Below are positions 62,736-64,000 of a stretch of 64,000 nt of DNA, one piece after another; positions within the stretch are counted from its first letter, which is position 1, and every line of letters begins with the position of its first letter. Source of the stretch: Marsupella aquatica (taxonomy: Eukaryota; Plantae; Marchantiophyta); contig OZ316891.1 in NCBI GenBank assembly GCA_973895155.1, forward strand, positions 14,539,037 to 14,603,036, given 5' to 3'. Under the pieces are notes generated by a model. The model was not told the DNA's origin. It ran no database searches and saw only the letters and a program-made list of their open reading frames with translations. A program made the translations under genes and the position numbers.

Positions 62736-64000
62736 TGTATTCCAAAGATTGATATTGTTTTATCATTATAGAAAGTTACAAAAGTAAGAATTGTTGGTAT
62801 GTTGTTTGTGGGTGTTTATAGATAGTCATGTTTGGACTCATTTTGAAGCCCTCAATGAGCCTGGTGTTATGTTTTCCATGTTATCTTTGGTCCAAATTTG
62901 TGTTCCAAATATTTCTCAGAACTCTTGTTATATTTGCTCAGGTGCTTTGCTAAGTCCTTCCTCTCCAATGCTTGTGCCCGATGCTCGTTTAGCAATGTTG
63001 AGAATTTTCCTCAATAATAAAAAAGTTTAGAACTTTGCTGGATTGATAACAATAAATGTATCGGGTTCAGTATTCAAACACTTGATTTGATTACCATAAT
63101 GTTAAACCATGACAGCGATAAATTTATCGGGATAAGTATTCAAGCTATTCAAACAATATATTCACACACAATTACCAAAGAAGAAGCATTGGAATCCGCA
63201 ACCCAATAAAATTATCGGGAGTAACACACGGGTTTAGAAACTTACTCTTTTCTGCTTCCTGTTCCTCACCCGGAGACTGAAAAATCCGTCGTTGAATGTG
63301 AGTTGAATGTGGCGACTTGAATGCCGAGTGCAATACGCATATCGGTTGCCGAATACCCTCTCCATAACCCGGGATGGATGGCCTGAAGCGACATCTCAAA
63401 CCTAAACGTAGGATTGAAATTTTCTCAATTCTTGGCGATGGAACGCTCAAGAGATGACATTTCTCAGGTTTATTAGGCGACACATAGTAAGAACTGGGCT
63501 TAGGACCAGAACTTGCATCAGAATCCCAATCAAAGTCAAAGATTTCAGGCACAATCTACTATGCGAGAGGTAGAGCTTTAGGGATGCGACTTGGCAAAGA
63601 GCAAGCGACAACATTAGGAGAGGATTTTAACTAAACTTGAAGGTGAATCTGTGTCTGATTGAGACATGGTTATCCGAGACACTATGGGGCTTTGCATACG
63701 TCCCCTCAATCAAGGAAAACGAATGGCTCAACAGACAAAATGTTGCTCCAAGAACACAACTCCAAAAAATCTCTACTCTGGATAATGACACCAAAAACTC
63801 ATAGGCGGTGGCCCTTTTATAGTACGTGTCTGTTGAGGGGTTGGCCCACATGGCCACTTTTGATTGACTGTCTCGCTAAACGACAAAATAACAGAGAAGG
63901 GTATATTTCTTGAATATCCAATTTGATTCTTACATGTGCATCTTGGCAAAATTATGTAGTTTTGAAATTTGAGAGATAAATATATCTATGTTTGTATTGC

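Noticed and set aside
63172-63552. 126-aa minus-strand ORF beside the palindrome arrays
   Set aside because: It has a non-ATG start and no recognisable motif. It may be part of a TE but cannot be supported as a gene.

Overview
Nuclear DNA of a land plant with GT-AG introns. A SPAG17/PF6-like axonemal gene points to a lineage with flagellated sperm, probably a bryophyte, lycophyte or fern (inference). Five host genes are supported: a small UPF0690/C1orf52-like gene (-), a cytosolic hybrid histidine kinase with a (GAF-like)-PAS-HisKA-HATPase-REC layout (-), a karrikin-receptor KAI2 alpha/beta-hydrolase (-), a 21-kb SPAG17/PF6-like gene (+), and glucosidase I GCS1/MOGS (-). Intergenic DNA holds a 5'-truncated CRE-like non-LTR retrotransposon inside an array resembling its own 3' end, a hAT-type MITE, LTR relics and many minisatellites, including an array of long perfect palindromes. 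The main observation is that KAI2 stops only 236 bp upstream of the kinase on the same strand. A GT...AG intron (16437-16229) would remove the KAI2 stop and join the two ORFs in frame (about 1147 aa). This echoes the bacterial RsbQ hydrolase + PAS-protein arrangement and suggests a KAI2-coupled two-component module (fusion or dicistronic). All gene models were read by eye and need RNA confirmation.
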